Origin: a bacterium
GTDB lineage: Bacteria > UBA8248
Length of the DNA stretch: 64,000 bases
Direction of reading: 5' to 3'
NCBI GenBank assembly: GCA_963692865.2
Contig: OY843592.1
Location: 2,976,001-3,040,000, forward strand
The notes under the pieces are model-generated. The model was not told where the DNA came from. It searched no databases and saw only the letters and a program-made list of their open reading frames with translations. Within the stretch, counting starts at the first letter, position 1. Each line of letters opens with the position of its first letter. This document shows positions 1-9,321 of this stretch, one piece after another. The translations under genes and the position numbers were made by a program.

Positions 1-50
1 GGACGTGTATATATGAGGAGGAATGAGGCGGTCTCCCCGTATTCAAAAAT

Positions 51-221
51 CACTCCCCGCTTGAGGGTCTGGCATCCCGAAGGGAAAGCCAGACGCGGAA
101 ATCAAGCCCTTGGGCGAAGGTTGACGCGGTGGGGGGAGTTTTTATTTTAGTGGGAATCGTCCCCCCACCGAATCAGCCTCGTCGTCGGGCTTTCCCTTCG
201 GGATGCCCGACCCTCAAGGGG
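51..221. repeat. Long palindromic repeat, family A (variant copy)
   Basis: Arms ttgagggtctggcatcccgaagggaaagccagacg (61-95) and cgtcgggctttcccttcgggatgcccgaccctcaa (183-217) are inverted with 2 mismatches; inner gcggtgggggg/ccccccaccg pair also seen in copies at 1700 and 5124. Confidence 0.8.
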
Positions 222-367
222 CTGTTGAAAAACCCCTCTCCGCCTCACCCTGAGTAGCGGCGAAGCCGCGTATCGAAGGCACGAACCCGACGATGAGGGA
301 GGGTTCGCCGGGGCGCATTTCTCCTGCGGACGCGAATTTCGCCCTTCGATACAAACGCCCCTTTCTC

Positions 368-599
368 GGGGTTGTTGAAAAAGTCCGATGCGGCGCAATC
401 TCCTCCTCGCCCTGCGCAGCCCGCCGCTCCGCCTCACCCTGAGTAGCGGCGAAGCCGCGTATCGAAGGGCGAAGTTCGCGTCCCGCTGGTCAGATGCGTT
501 CCCCCATCCTTCGATACGGCGCTTACGCGCCTACTCAGGATGAGGAAAGAGGCGTCGGCGGTTTGCGGGGGTCGAAGACGAGGGTTTTTCAACAGCCCC
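368..599. mobile_element. Nested 232-bp MITE with 5-bp target site duplication TTCTC
   Basis: Ends ggggttgttgaaaaa (368-382) and tttttcaacagcccc (585-599); TTCTC at 363-367 and 600-604; uninterrupted target seen at 4751-4815 (reverse strand). Confidence 0.85.
432..545. repeat. Convergent pair of REP-like palindromes (CCTGAGTA-hairpin-GTATCGAAGG), family B
   Basis: 432-468 forward, 508-545 reverse; further copies at 243-279, 4751-4812, 4839-4875, 9396-9433, 9494-9531. Confidence 0.8.
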
Positions 600-818
600 T
601 TCTCAGTCGCGTTTTACTTCCGGCGGCTGCTCAGGGTGAAGTCAATATGGCGGCAAGGCAAGACGAGGACTTTACGCGAGCGAGGAGCGAGTCTCGAACG
701 CGCCTGTTTCCAGAGCGATTTTTTCAACAACCCCGTAGCACGCAAGAGTCGGAGTTCGCCTTTGCGCTCCTCCTCAAGCTCGCATAGTCTGTCGCTTCGA
801 TTTCAGGGAGGACGTTCC

Positions 819-1604
819 ATGTCGATGAAACCACTGGTTCTCATAGAGCGCGACGGCCCGCTCGCCACGCTCACGCTCAACCGCCCCGAGAAGCGAAACG
901 CCATGAACTCGCAGATGACCGGCGAGGCGAAATCGGCGATTGCCGAACTCGCGGGGGCGGAGGGCTTGCGCGTCCTCGTCATCGAGGGCGCGGGGGGCGT
1001 CTTCTCCGCCGGGGCCGACGTGGTCGAGATGGGCGCGCTCACCGAAGACACCGCGCGCGAATTCATCTCGAACCTCCACTCCCTCATCCACGTCGTGCGC
1101 GAATTCCCGCATCCCGTGGTCTGCAAGTGCCGGGGCAACGTGCTGGGCGGGGCGCTGGAGTTGATGCTCGGCTGCGACCTCCGGGTCGCGGCGGAGGATA
1201 CGAAGTTCGGCATGCCAGAGGTGCGGGTCGGCGTGCCGTCGGTCATCGAAGCGGCGCTGTTCGCCCCCTTCTGCGGTTTGGGCGCCGCGCAGGACCTGCT
1301 GCTCACGGGCCGGACGTTCGACGCACACGAGGCGCATCGCCTGGGAATCGTCCAGCGGATATGCGCGCCTGCGGAACTCGAAGAAGCAACAGGGGAGGTT
1401 GTGTCGGAACTGCTCGAAGCGGCCCCCGCCGCGCTCAGCGCCCAGAAAGCGCTTTTAAGGCGATGGATGCAGGCCTATCTCGAAGCCGCCGTTCCGCCCT
1501 CCATCGACGCCTTCGAGGCATCCTTCCGAACCGGCGAACCGCAAGAGGGCATGGCCGCCGCGCACGAGAAGCGTCCTCCCGCCTGGGCGCCAAGGCAGGG
1601 ATAA
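819..1604 (+). CDS. Enoyl-CoA hydratase/isomerase family protein
   Basis: TLNRPEKRNAM, FSAGAD, GGALEL, FGMPE crotonase motifs; start placed at ATG 819 after GGGAGG. Confidence 0.9.
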   Translation: MSMKPLVLIERDGPLATLTLNRPEKRNAMNSQMTGEAKSAIAELAGAEGLRVLVIEGAGGVFSAGADVVEMGALTEDTAREFISNLHSLIHVVREFPHPVVCKCRGNVLGGALELMLGCDLRVAAEDTKFGMPEVRVGVPSVIEAALFAPFCGLGAAQDLLLTGRTFDAHEAHRLGIVQRICAPAELEEATGEVVSELLEAAPAALSAQKALLRRWMQAYLEAAVPPSIDAFEASFRTGEPQEGMAAAHEKRPPAWAPRQG

Positions 1605-1631
1605 GACCGCAGAGAGAATCACCTCCCCTTC

Positions 1632-1920
1632 GGAGGTTGTTGAAAAACCCCGATTTCGTGATCTCGCGCATGGAGCCAACCGAGGAGGGAGGAGAAAATA
1701 CTCCCCCCTTGAGGGGGAGTCACAGAAGCCGAGTCCTTTGGACGAAGGCCGATGTGGTGGGGGGTAAAACGCGTTTTATTGCCCACTCCGAATTATCCCC
1801 CCCACCAGTTCGCTTTCGGGCTTACACCCTCAGCTCACTGACTCCCCCTCAAGGGGGGAGTGAACTTCAAAAGCATGCGTGAAACTCAAAATTGCTTCCC
1901 GGAACTTATCCAACGGTCCC
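1632..1920. mobile_element. MITE-like element carrying a family A palindrome (1700-1861); right end degenerate
   Basis: Left ~50 bp ggttgttgaaaaaccccgatttcgtgatctcgcgcatggagcc matches the reverse complement of 5341-5388; actcccccc-ttgagggggagt ... actccccctcaaggggggagt inside. Confidence 0.6.
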
Positions 1921-1991
1921 CTCGCGGTGGCGTTCGCTGGTTTCATGTGGCATCTTCACTCCTCTCGCCGTAACGAAACAGGAGAACCAGG

Positions 1992-2321
1992 ATGTCGGAA
2001 GATGAAATGTTGATCGCGCGCATACGCCCGATTCTCAGGCGGCGCAAGGGATTTTCGGAAAAACGCATGTTCGGCGGCGTGTGCTTCATGATCAACGGCA
2101 ACATGTGCGCCGGGACGTGGAAGGGCTCGCTCATCGTGCGGCTCGCTAGGGAGAACCACGAAGCGACGCTTGCGGAACCTCACACGAAGCCCGCCGACAT
2201 GGCGGGCCGGGTGATGAGGGGCTGGGCGCTGGTCGAACCGGCAGGGATTACGACCGAAGACGATTTGAAATCCTGGGTGCGCCGGGCGGCCAAGTTCGCG
2301 GGCTCGCTTCCACCCAAGTGA
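1992..2321 (+). CDS. TfoX/Sxy N-terminal domain protein
   Basis: EKRMFGGVCFMING motif and C-terminal DLKSWV..A..FA.SLPPK typical of TfoX_N; GGAG RBS. Confidence 0.85.
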   Translation: MSEDEMLIARIRPILRRRKGFSEKRMFGGVCFMINGNMCAGTWKGSLIVRLARENHEATLAEPHTKPADMAGRVMRGWALVEPAGITTEDDLKSWVRRAAKFAGSLPPK

Positions 2322-2372
2322 ATGCTCCCCGATTCATGATTCTTGGATTCATTTGTGATGAAGGATGAATAG

Positions 2373-3368
2373 ATGAAAGCGATTACCGTCCAGGGAGACG
2401 CCGGAATCGAAGGACTCGTGTACGGCGAGGTACCCACGCCGGATCCGGGAGAGGGCGAGGTGCGAGTCCGCCTCCTGGCTTCGGGCATCAACCACATCGA
2501 CGTATACCAGTGCACCCCCGCCATGGTGCGCCACGACAAGCCCCATACCATGGGAGCGGACGGAGCGGGCGTCGTCGATAAGGCGGCGCCGGACGCGGCC
2601 TTGAAACCGGGTGATGAGGTCGTCGTGGACCCCAACCTGTGCGACCCAACGAAACCGGGTTACGGCATCGTCGGCGCGCACTGTGCGGGCACGCACGCGG
2701 AGTTCATTGTGCTTCCTGAGAAGAATTTCTTTCCCAAGCCCGGGAACCTTTCCTTCGAGGAGGCGGCGGCGCTTCCCCTCGCCCTTTGCACGGCCTATCG
2801 CCAGCTCATCAGCCGCGCCAGACTCAAGTCGGGTGAGAGCGTACTCATCCACGGGGTGGGCGGCGGCGTCATGCTCTATTGCCTGCAACTCGCCGCGCAG
2901 GCGGGCGCCTTCACCATCGTCACCTCATCGAGCGAGGAGAAGCTGGAAACCGCCAAATCCTTCGGCGCCGACGTCTGCATCAATTACAAAACGGGGGACG
3001 TCGCCGGAGCCGTGATGGAGGCCACCGATGGCCAGGGGGCCGACGTGGTGGTCGACAACGTGGGCGCTCCAACTTTCGCGCTGAGCGCCAAGTGCGTCGC
3101 GCTGAACGGGCGCATCACCATCGTGGGCGGGGCGGCGCACCACGTAATCCCCGAAGTGAACCTGCGCGATCTCTACTTCAAACAGGTGGACATCCACACC
3201 TCCACCATGGCGACGCCCGAGGAATTCAGCGCGGCGATGGCCCTCGCCGCCGAGGGGAAGATAAATGCCCACATCGATTCCACTTATCCCCTCTCCCGGT
3301 TCCGCGAGGCCATCGGGCGCGTGGCGAAGGGCGAACAGTTTGGAAAAGTCGTGATAACAAGAGATTAG
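2373..3368 (+). CDS. MDR-family zinc-binding dehydrogenase / quinone oxidoreductase
   Basis: GINHID, HTMGADGAGVV, VLIHGVGGGV, QFGKVVI. Confidence 0.88.
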   Translation: MKAITVQGDAGIEGLVYGEVPTPDPGEGEVRVRLLASGINHIDVYQCTPAMVRHDKPHTMGADGAGVVDKAAPDAALKPGDEVVVDPNLCDPTKPGYGIVGAHCAGTHAEFIVLPEKNFFPKPGNLSFEEAAALPLALCTAYRQLISRARLKSGESVLIHGVGGGVMLYCLQLAAQAGAFTIVTSSSEEKLETAKSFGADVCINYKTGDVAGAVMEATDGQGADVVVDNVGAPTFALSAKCVALNGRITIVGGAAHHVIPEVNLRDLYFKQVDIHTSTMATPEEFSAAMALAAEGKINAHIDSTYPLSRFREAIGRVAKGEQFGKVVITRD

Positions 3369-3436
3369 GAGCAAGACGCCCGCGCCGCACTCTCACCATT
3401 CGCGCGGAGCCATCAATTTCGGAGAATGCCTAAAAC

Positions 3437-4585
3437 ATGAAAAGACACCTCGCCAAGACCGTCGCCGCGACTGCAGGTGGAGAGCGCGCCAATCACATGA
3501 CGGCCAGGAAACCGCCGGGCCTGGTGCCGCTCGATTCGGGAACGCCCAACTTCCCCACGCCGGAGCACATTACGGAAGCCGCCAAGGAGGCGCTCGACCA
3601 GGGTCTCACGGGCTACGCGCCCGGACAGGGAGACCCGGAATTCCTCGAAGCCGTATGCGAACACGTCGAGCGAGAGGCGAACGCGAAATACACGCCCCAC
3701 TCCGTCATCGCCACGAACGGGGCGAGTTCGGGCATCTACGCCGTCATGACGGCGTTCCTGGACCCGGGCGATGAGGCCATCCTGATGGACCCCACGTTTT
3801 CCCTCTACGCCCACGTCGCGCTTCAACTCGGAGCCGTTCCCGTCCAGGTGCCCCACGATGCGGACTACCAGATCGACGTAGAGGCCGTGCGCCGCGCCAT
3901 CACGCCGCGCACGCGCCTCATTCTCGTCAACAACCCGAACAACCCCACCGGCGTGGTTTACCGGCGCGAAGATCTGGCGGCCCTCGCCGGACTCGCCACG
4001 GAGCACGACCTCATGCTCGTATCGGACGAGGCCTATGCGAAGATACTGCAGCCCGGCTTCGAGCACGTTCCCCTGCTCTCGTTCACCGAACACAGGGACA
4101 GCCTCATCCTGCTCGACACTTTTTCCAAGACCTATTCGATGACCGGCTGGCGTCTGGGCTTCATGGTCTTGCCCGAAGACCTGCCCCAGCCGATGTTCAG
4201 CGTGCACCGCTCCATCAACGGGCCGATCAACACCTTCGTCCAGCGCGCGGGAGCGGCTGCGCTCAGGGGTTCTCAGGAGTGCGTGGCGGAGTTCAGGCGC
4301 GAGTACCACAAGCGGGGCCGCCTCATGAACGAGATGACGCGCGATATTCCCGGTCTCATTCCCATCGAGCCCCAGGGCGGCTTCTACCAATACTGCCGCT
4401 ATGAATACCCCATTCCATCGAGTGAGGTGCGAAAGCGCGTCTGGGAGGCCGGGGCGGCGATTCGCAGCGGGTCGGAGTTCGGCGCTTCGGGCGAGAACCA
4501 TTTGCGCTTCACCTATTCGGTAAATGAGGATGTCATCGAAAAAGGCATGAAGATCGTGGGCGAGGTCTTCCGCCACCTGGGCTGA
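3437..4585 (+). CDS. PLP-dependent aminotransferase class I/II
   Basis: NNPNNPTG, SDEAY, TFSKTYSMTGWRLG, HLRFTY. Confidence 0.92.
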   Translation: MKRHLAKTVAATAGGERANHMTARKPPGLVPLDSGTPNFPTPEHITEAAKEALDQGLTGYAPGQGDPEFLEAVCEHVEREANAKYTPHSVIATNGASSGIYAVMTAFLDPGDEAILMDPTFSLYAHVALQLGAVPVQVPHDADYQIDVEAVRRAITPRTRLILVNNPNNPTGVVYRREDLAALAGLATEHDLMLVSDEAYAKILQPGFEHVPLLSFTEHRDSLILLDTFSKTYSMTGWRLGFMVLPEDLPQPMFSVHRSINGPINTFVQRAGAAALRGSQECVAEFRREYHKRGRLMNEMTRDIPGLIPIEPQGGFYQYCRYEYPIPSSEVRKRVWEAGAAIRSGSEFGASGENHLRFTYSVNEDVIEKGMKIVGEVFRHLG

Positions 4586-4623
4586 GGCTTGTCCGTTCCG
4601 CGCTTGAAGGCCGTCCTTTTGAG

Positions 4624-4996
4624 GGGGCTGTTGAAAAAGCCGCCCTGCGCAACCCGCCAATCCGCCTGACCCTGAATAGCGGCCCTTCGACAGCCTCAGG
4701 ACAGGCTCCCTCGACTTCGCTCGGGGCAGGCTCCGCCGTCCCCCCACCTTCCTCACCCTGAGTAGCCGCCGGAGGTCAAGCGCGACTGAGAAAGGAGCGT
4801 TTGTATCGAAGGGCGAACCAGAGAAACGCGCCCCCCATCCTTCGATACGCGGCTTCGCCGCTACTCAGGATGAGGGTTTGGGGCCGGCCGGGAAGGAAAC
4901 GCCTTAAGGGGCGTCGCTACCTTTCTCTCCGAGGCGGTGCGGTTTTGTTCACGGCGGTGGTCAATAGCGAGCGAGATGAGGTTTTTCAACAATCCC
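4624..4996. mobile_element. MITE-like element with REP-like cargo
   Basis: ggggctgttgaaaaa (4624) ... tttttcaacaatccc (4996); contains cccttcgacagcctcagg and convergent family B pair 4751-4875. Confidence 0.65.
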
Positions 4997-5025
4997 AATG
5001 AATAAGTGCTTGACACGATTGATGA

Positions 5026-5446
5026 GAAGATTGCTGAAAAAGTCCTGTTCAGTCGGACTTGACCCCTATCGGCGCGGCTGCGGATTTCGCCATTGAACAG
5101 CTTTGCCAACCGACAAGAGAGGAAACCACTCCCCCCTTGAGGGGGAGTCGCAGAAGCCGAGCGGTTTGTGCGAAGGCTGATGCGGTGGGGGGAGCATTTT
5201 CTCTGTTGGAAACATTTCTTCAAAAATCATCCCCCCACCGAATCGCTTGCGGGCTTGCGCCCTTACCTCGTCGACTCCCCCTCAAGGGGGGAGTGGTTGT
5301 AGAGCGCTCTACAAGGGGGGGTGATTCTCATCTCTTTCAGGTCGGCTCCATACGCCAAATCACGGAATCAAGGTTTTTCAACAACCCCATATTCGACCCC
5401 TACAGTGGAATCCCGACCAAACTGCAAGGGCTTTTTCAACAGTCCC
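5026..5446. mobile_element. MITE-like element(s) carrying family A palindrome (5124-5298); two successive right ends (5388, 5446)
   Basis: Degenerate left end gattgctgaaaaag; tttttcaacaacccc ending 5388; ctttttcaacagtccc ending 5446. Confidence 0.55.
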
Positions 5447-5475
5447 TTTTTCCCGGGCGGCTCCTCACAACCTCA

Positions 5476-6414
5476 TCAATAGACCGGCATTATATCCTTC
5501 TCGTAGGTCTCGTCCACGCCCCGGGCGGCGGCGTAGAAGATCTCCTGCAGCCTGCGTGTGATTTCCCCCGGCTTCCCGTCTCCCACCTCGATGCGGTCGA
5601 GTGATAGCACGGGCGCGACCTCCGCGGCCGAGCCGCAAATCATCGCCTCATCGGCTACGTAGATCTCCGTGCGATCCATCGGCCGCTCCACGGGTTCCGG
5701 GCCGATGTGCCTGCCGAACATTTCGAGCACGCTGTCGCGCGTGATGCTCTCGAGTATCGAGGCCGTCACCGGCGGAGTGATGAGCTTCCCCTCGCGGACG
5801 ATCATGATGCACGTGCCCGTGCCCTCGGCCACCGTGCCGTTCTGGTTGAGCAGAAGGGCGTCGTCGTATCCGTTTATCCGCGCCTCGACGCCCGCGAGCC
5901 TGCCGTTCTGGTAGTTCGCCGAAGCCTTGACGCGCGGCGGCACGGAATCGTCCGAGATGCGCCGCCAACTGCTCACGCACAGGTTCACGCCCCCCTCCTG
6001 GCGCCTGCGGTTGCTGTTCGGCCCCCCACTGATGAATACGCAGGTGTCCACCTCGTCCGCCGCGTATCCCTTCATGTCCAGGGGTCCCGAATCGTCGAAA
6101 TACACGTTGAGCCTGAAGTGGAGGTCTTCCCTGAATTCGTTCGCCCGTATCCACTCGATGACGGCGTCCTTGAATTCCTCCGCCGTATAGGGCGGCGTCA
6201 TCCGCATCACCCGCATCGAATCGAAGAGCCGCCGGATGTGCGGATCCATCTTCCAGAGGAAGAGATTATTCCGCTCCTCGCTCCAGTAAGCGCGAATCCC
6301 CTCGTACACGCTCGAACCCCTGAGGACCGCTTGGCTGAAAACGCTGATCTTGGCCTCCTCGGGCGGTACCACCTCTCCGTTGAGCCATACCTTGGCATGA
6401 TCGTAGCTGGGCAC
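5476..6414 (-). CDS. ilvE: Branched-chain amino acid aminotransferase family (class IV)
   Basis: WLNGE, YEGIRAY, PPRVKASANY, GYDDALLL, ILESITR, EAMICGSAAEV; GTG start after GGAGG; may be a paralogue. Confidence 0.8.
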   Translation of the reverse strand: MPSYDHAKVWLNGEVVPPEEAKISVFSQAVLRGSSVYEGIRAYWSEERNNLFLWKMDPHIRRLFDSMRVMRMTPPYTAEEFKDAVIEWIRANEFREDLHFRLNVYFDDSGPLDMKGYAADEVDTCVFISGGPNSNRRRQEGGVNLCVSSWRRISDDSVPPRVKASANYQNGRLAGVEARINGYDDALLLNQNGTVAEGTGTCIMIVREGKLITPPVTASILESITRDSVLEMFGRHIGPEPVERPMDRTEIYVADEAMICGSAAEVAPVLSLDRIEVGDGKPGEITRRLQEIFYAAARGVDETYEKDIMPVY

Positions 6415-6580
6415 GGGAACCTCCAATGTGGACGTGTATGTGGGCCATCGACACGGAAACACGGCATGATGAACAATTTGGGGGCCGGTTGACAAGGGGC
6501 GACCCCGCCTTGACGCTCGGGCGCGCTTGGGCGTAGCGTTGTGCCGGACAAATTTCAAACTGCCCCATTCGGAGATTTTC

Positions 6581-7951
6581 ATGCAGCAGCCCACGGACAC
6601 CCCGAAACTCGCGGACGCCTACGCCGAATCCCTGCCCGCCTCGCGCGCCCTCTACGAGCGGGCGAATGAGGTCTTCCCCGACGGGGTGACGCACGACAAC
6701 CGCAGGATGCAGCCGTTTCCCATTTACGTCGAGCGCGCCGAGGGCGCCTACAAGTGGGACGTGGACGGCAACCGCTACATCGACTACTGGATGGGCCACG
6801 GCGCGCTTCTCTACGGGCACAACCCGCCCCACATCCGCGACGCCGTGAGCGAGGCCGTTCTCAAGGGCTCGCACTATGGCGCCAGCCACAAGCCGGAGGT
6901 GGAATGGGGCGAATGGGTGCAGCGCCTCGTGCCATGCGCCGATCGGGTGCGCTTCACGGCTTCTGGCACCGAGGCGACGCACATGGCGCTCAGGCTCGCG
7001 CGCGCCTTCACGGGCAGAAAGCGCATCGTCAAGTTCGCGGGCCACTTCCACGGATGGCACGAGGGGCTCGAAATCGGCGTGCGCGCCCCCTACACGAACG
7101 AACCCGAAGCGGGGCAACTGGAAGTCGTTACCGACCTCGTCACCGTCTGCCCGCCGGACGACTTGGAAGCCGTCCGCGGCGCGCTGGCCTCGGGCGATGT
7201 CGCCGCGCTCATCCTGGAGCCGACGGGCGGGCATTTCGGCACCATCCCGATGCGCGGGGATTTCGTGGCCGCGCTCAGGGAAGAGACGAACAAGGCGGGG
7301 GCGCTCCTCGTCTTCGACGAAGTGGTTACCGGCTTTCGCGTTTCGCCGGGCGGGGCGCAGGCGCACTTCGGCGTGACGCCCGACCTGACGAGCCTCGCCA
7401 AGATACTCGCAGGCGGCCTGCCGGGAGGATCCGTCGTGGGCCGCGCGGACGTGCTCGAATACCTCGCCACCAAGCCGGATCCGGAGGCGAACCGCCACAT
7501 GAAAATCGCCCACCACGGGACCTTCAACGCGAACCCCGTCTCCGCCGCCGCGGGCGTCGCCATGCTCTCATCCCTGGCCGACGGCCGGGCGACCCAAGAG
7601 GTGAACGCGCAGGCGCAGAAGCTCAGATACGGCATGAACGAGATTCTCGCCCAAGAGGCGGTGGCCTGGCGGGTGTATGGCGAATACAGCGACTGGAAGA
7701 TTCTTTTCGACGCCGACGCCCCGCCGAATGACGGAGGGGATCAGGACGTTAGCGGAATCGACTGGCGGCGTCTCGACTCCAAGAACGCGCAGAAAAGCCG
7801 CGCGCTCAGACAAGCACTCATCTTACACGGGGTGGACTTCAACGGCGCGCGCGCCCTCGTGGGAACCTGCCACACGGACGGCGTGATCGAGGAAACCCTC
7901 GCCGCCTTCCGGGCGGGCGTCCAGACCATGAAGGAAGAAGGGGTCGCCTAG
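6581..7951 (+). CDS. Aminotransferase class III, glutamate-1-semialdehyde aminomutase-like
   Basis: WDVDGNRYIDY, SGTEAT, GHFHGWHE, FDEVVTGFR, LAKILAGGLP, GTFNANP; ATG 6581 after GGAG. Confidence 0.9.
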   Translation: MQQPTDTPKLADAYAESLPASRALYERANEVFPDGVTHDNRRMQPFPIYVERAEGAYKWDVDGNRYIDYWMGHGALLYGHNPPHIRDAVSEAVLKGSHYGASHKPEVEWGEWVQRLVPCADRVRFTASGTEATHMALRLARAFTGRKRIVKFAGHFHGWHEGLEIGVRAPYTNEPEAGQLEVVTDLVTVCPPDDLEAVRGALASGDVAALILEPTGGHFGTIPMRGDFVAALREETNKAGALLVFDEVVTGFRVSPGGAQAHFGVTPDLTSLAKILAGGLPGGSVVGRADVLEYLATKPDPEANRHMKIAHHGTFNANPVSAAAGVAMLSSLADGRATQEVNAQAQKLRYGMNEILAQEAVAWRVYGEYSDWKILFDADAPPNDGGDQDVSGIDWRRLDSKNAQKSRALRQALILHGVDFNGARALVGTCHTDGVIEETLAAFRAGVQTMKEEGVA

Positions 7952-7995
7952 GTTTTTCCAACCGATTCATCAAATACCATGAAGGAGAGCCGCAC

Positions 7996-9246
7996 TTGCA
8001 CAGCGCGCTGAAAGGCCTCTTGAGCCTGGAATCCGGACGCATCGTGGACGACATGGAACACCCCTTCACTTGCCCCGAGACGGGCGGGAACCTGCAGGGC
8101 AGCTACGATGTCGAGTGGGTAAAGGCCCATGTCGACAGGGACGAGATCGCCCGCAGACCCCGTGGCATCTGGCGCTGGCGCGAACTCTTGCCCGTGCGCG
8201 ATGAGAAGAACGTGGTCTCGCTCGTTGAGGGCGACACCCCCCTCATCCCCGCCGAGAGGCTCGGGAAAACGCTTGGATACAGGAACCTCTATATCCTGGA
8301 TGAATCGAGAAACCCCACGGGGTCGTTCAAGGACAGGGGCGGGTCGGTCACCATCAGCAAGTGCAGGGAAGTGGGGGTGGACCGCATCGTGCTGCCCTCC
8401 TCGGGCAACGCCGCGGCCTGTTTCAGCGCCTACTGCGCGCGGGGCGGAATCGAGTTCATCGGCTTCGTGCGCGACGACAGCTCTGCCGTCCATTGCCTGC
8501 AAGTCGGCGCATACGGGGCGTTCACGCTCATCATCGAGGGCGATCAGGGCACGGGCGGACGCTTCGCGGAAGAGGTATCCAAGGAACTCGGCTGTCTGCA
8601 CGCCACCCTGCCCCGGAATCTCTACAGAATCGAGGGGAAAAAGACCGCCGCCTTCGAGATCGCCGAAAAACTCGGCTGGCGCGCGCCGGACCGCGTCGTC
8701 TGCCCCACGGCGGGCGGCACGATGGCGCTTGCGATGGACCAAGGCTTTCGGGAACTCCTGGCCTTGGGCTGGATAGACAGGATGCCCGCGATCGACGTCG
8801 TACAAGTCGATGGCTGCGCGCCCATCGTCCGTGCCCTTCACACGGGCGGTAAGGTCGAGCCCTGGGGCGAGGTGCACACGAAATCCGCCGGCCTCACGAG
8901 CCCCTCCCCCGGCGCGGGCGAGCGCGTGGCGGGAGTTGTTCGGAAATCAGAAGGCCACGGCGTGCTCGTGAGCGACGCGATGAACCTCGAAGCCGAGTTT
9001 CTCATCGCCGGACGCGAGGGGCTTTTCCTGCAACCCGCTTCTGCGGCGTCCGTGGCGAGCCTGATGGAGGACGCCGAGCGGCCCCGAAGGCCCGAAGCCG
9101 ATGAGGTAATCGTCTGCATCGGCACGGGCACCGGAAAGAACGCGGCGGAAGTGGCGGGCGAAGCGCTCGGCAGGCCGGAACGCATTCCGCCCGATATCGA
9201 CGCCTTCACACGAGCCCGCGACGCCTGGCGGGGGGACGGCGCCTGA
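7996..9246 (+). CDS. Threonine synthase-like PLP enzyme (fold type II)
   Basis: GIWRWRELLP, SLVEGDTPL, NPTGSFKDRG, SSGNAA, YRIEGKKT, TGTGKN; TTG start after AAGGAG. Confidence 0.85.
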   Translation: MHSALKGLLSLESGRIVDDMEHPFTCPETGGNLQGSYDVEWVKAHVDRDEIARRPRGIWRWRELLPVRDEKNVVSLVEGDTPLIPAERLGKTLGYRNLYILDESRNPTGSFKDRGGSVTISKCREVGVDRIVLPSSGNAAACFSAYCARGGIEFIGFVRDDSSAVHCLQVGAYGAFTLIIEGDQGTGGRFAEEVSKELGCLHATLPRNLYRIEGKKTAAFEIAEKLGWRAPDRVVCPTAGGTMALAMDQGFRELLALGWIDRMPAIDVVQVDGCAPIVRALHTGGKVEPWGEVHTKSAGLTSPSPGAGERVAGVVRKSEGHGVLVSDAMNLEAEFLIAGREGLFLQPASAASVASLMEDAERPRRPEADEVIVCIGTGTGKNAAEVAGEALGRPERIPPDIDAFTRARDAWRGDGA

Positions 9247-9321
9247 GGCGGCCGACAAGCGCTATCAAGCCGCAAGACTGCCGAAACACACCACCCGCAA
9301 CCGGAAAAACACATCCTTCCC

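Larger units (their letters stand above)
218..734. mobile_element. Outer MITE-like element bounded by GGGGCTGTTGAAAAA / TTTTTCAACAACCCC inverted ends
   Basis: Terminal inverted repeats at 218-232 and 720-734; no transposase; contains REP-like pair and a nested element; no target duplication seen. Confidence 0.65.

Noticed and set aside
540-818. N-terminal extension of the enoyl-CoA hydratase and small ORFs in repeat regions (147-437, 494-787, 4801-5604)
   Set aside because: Translations of MITE/palindrome DNA with no protein motifs
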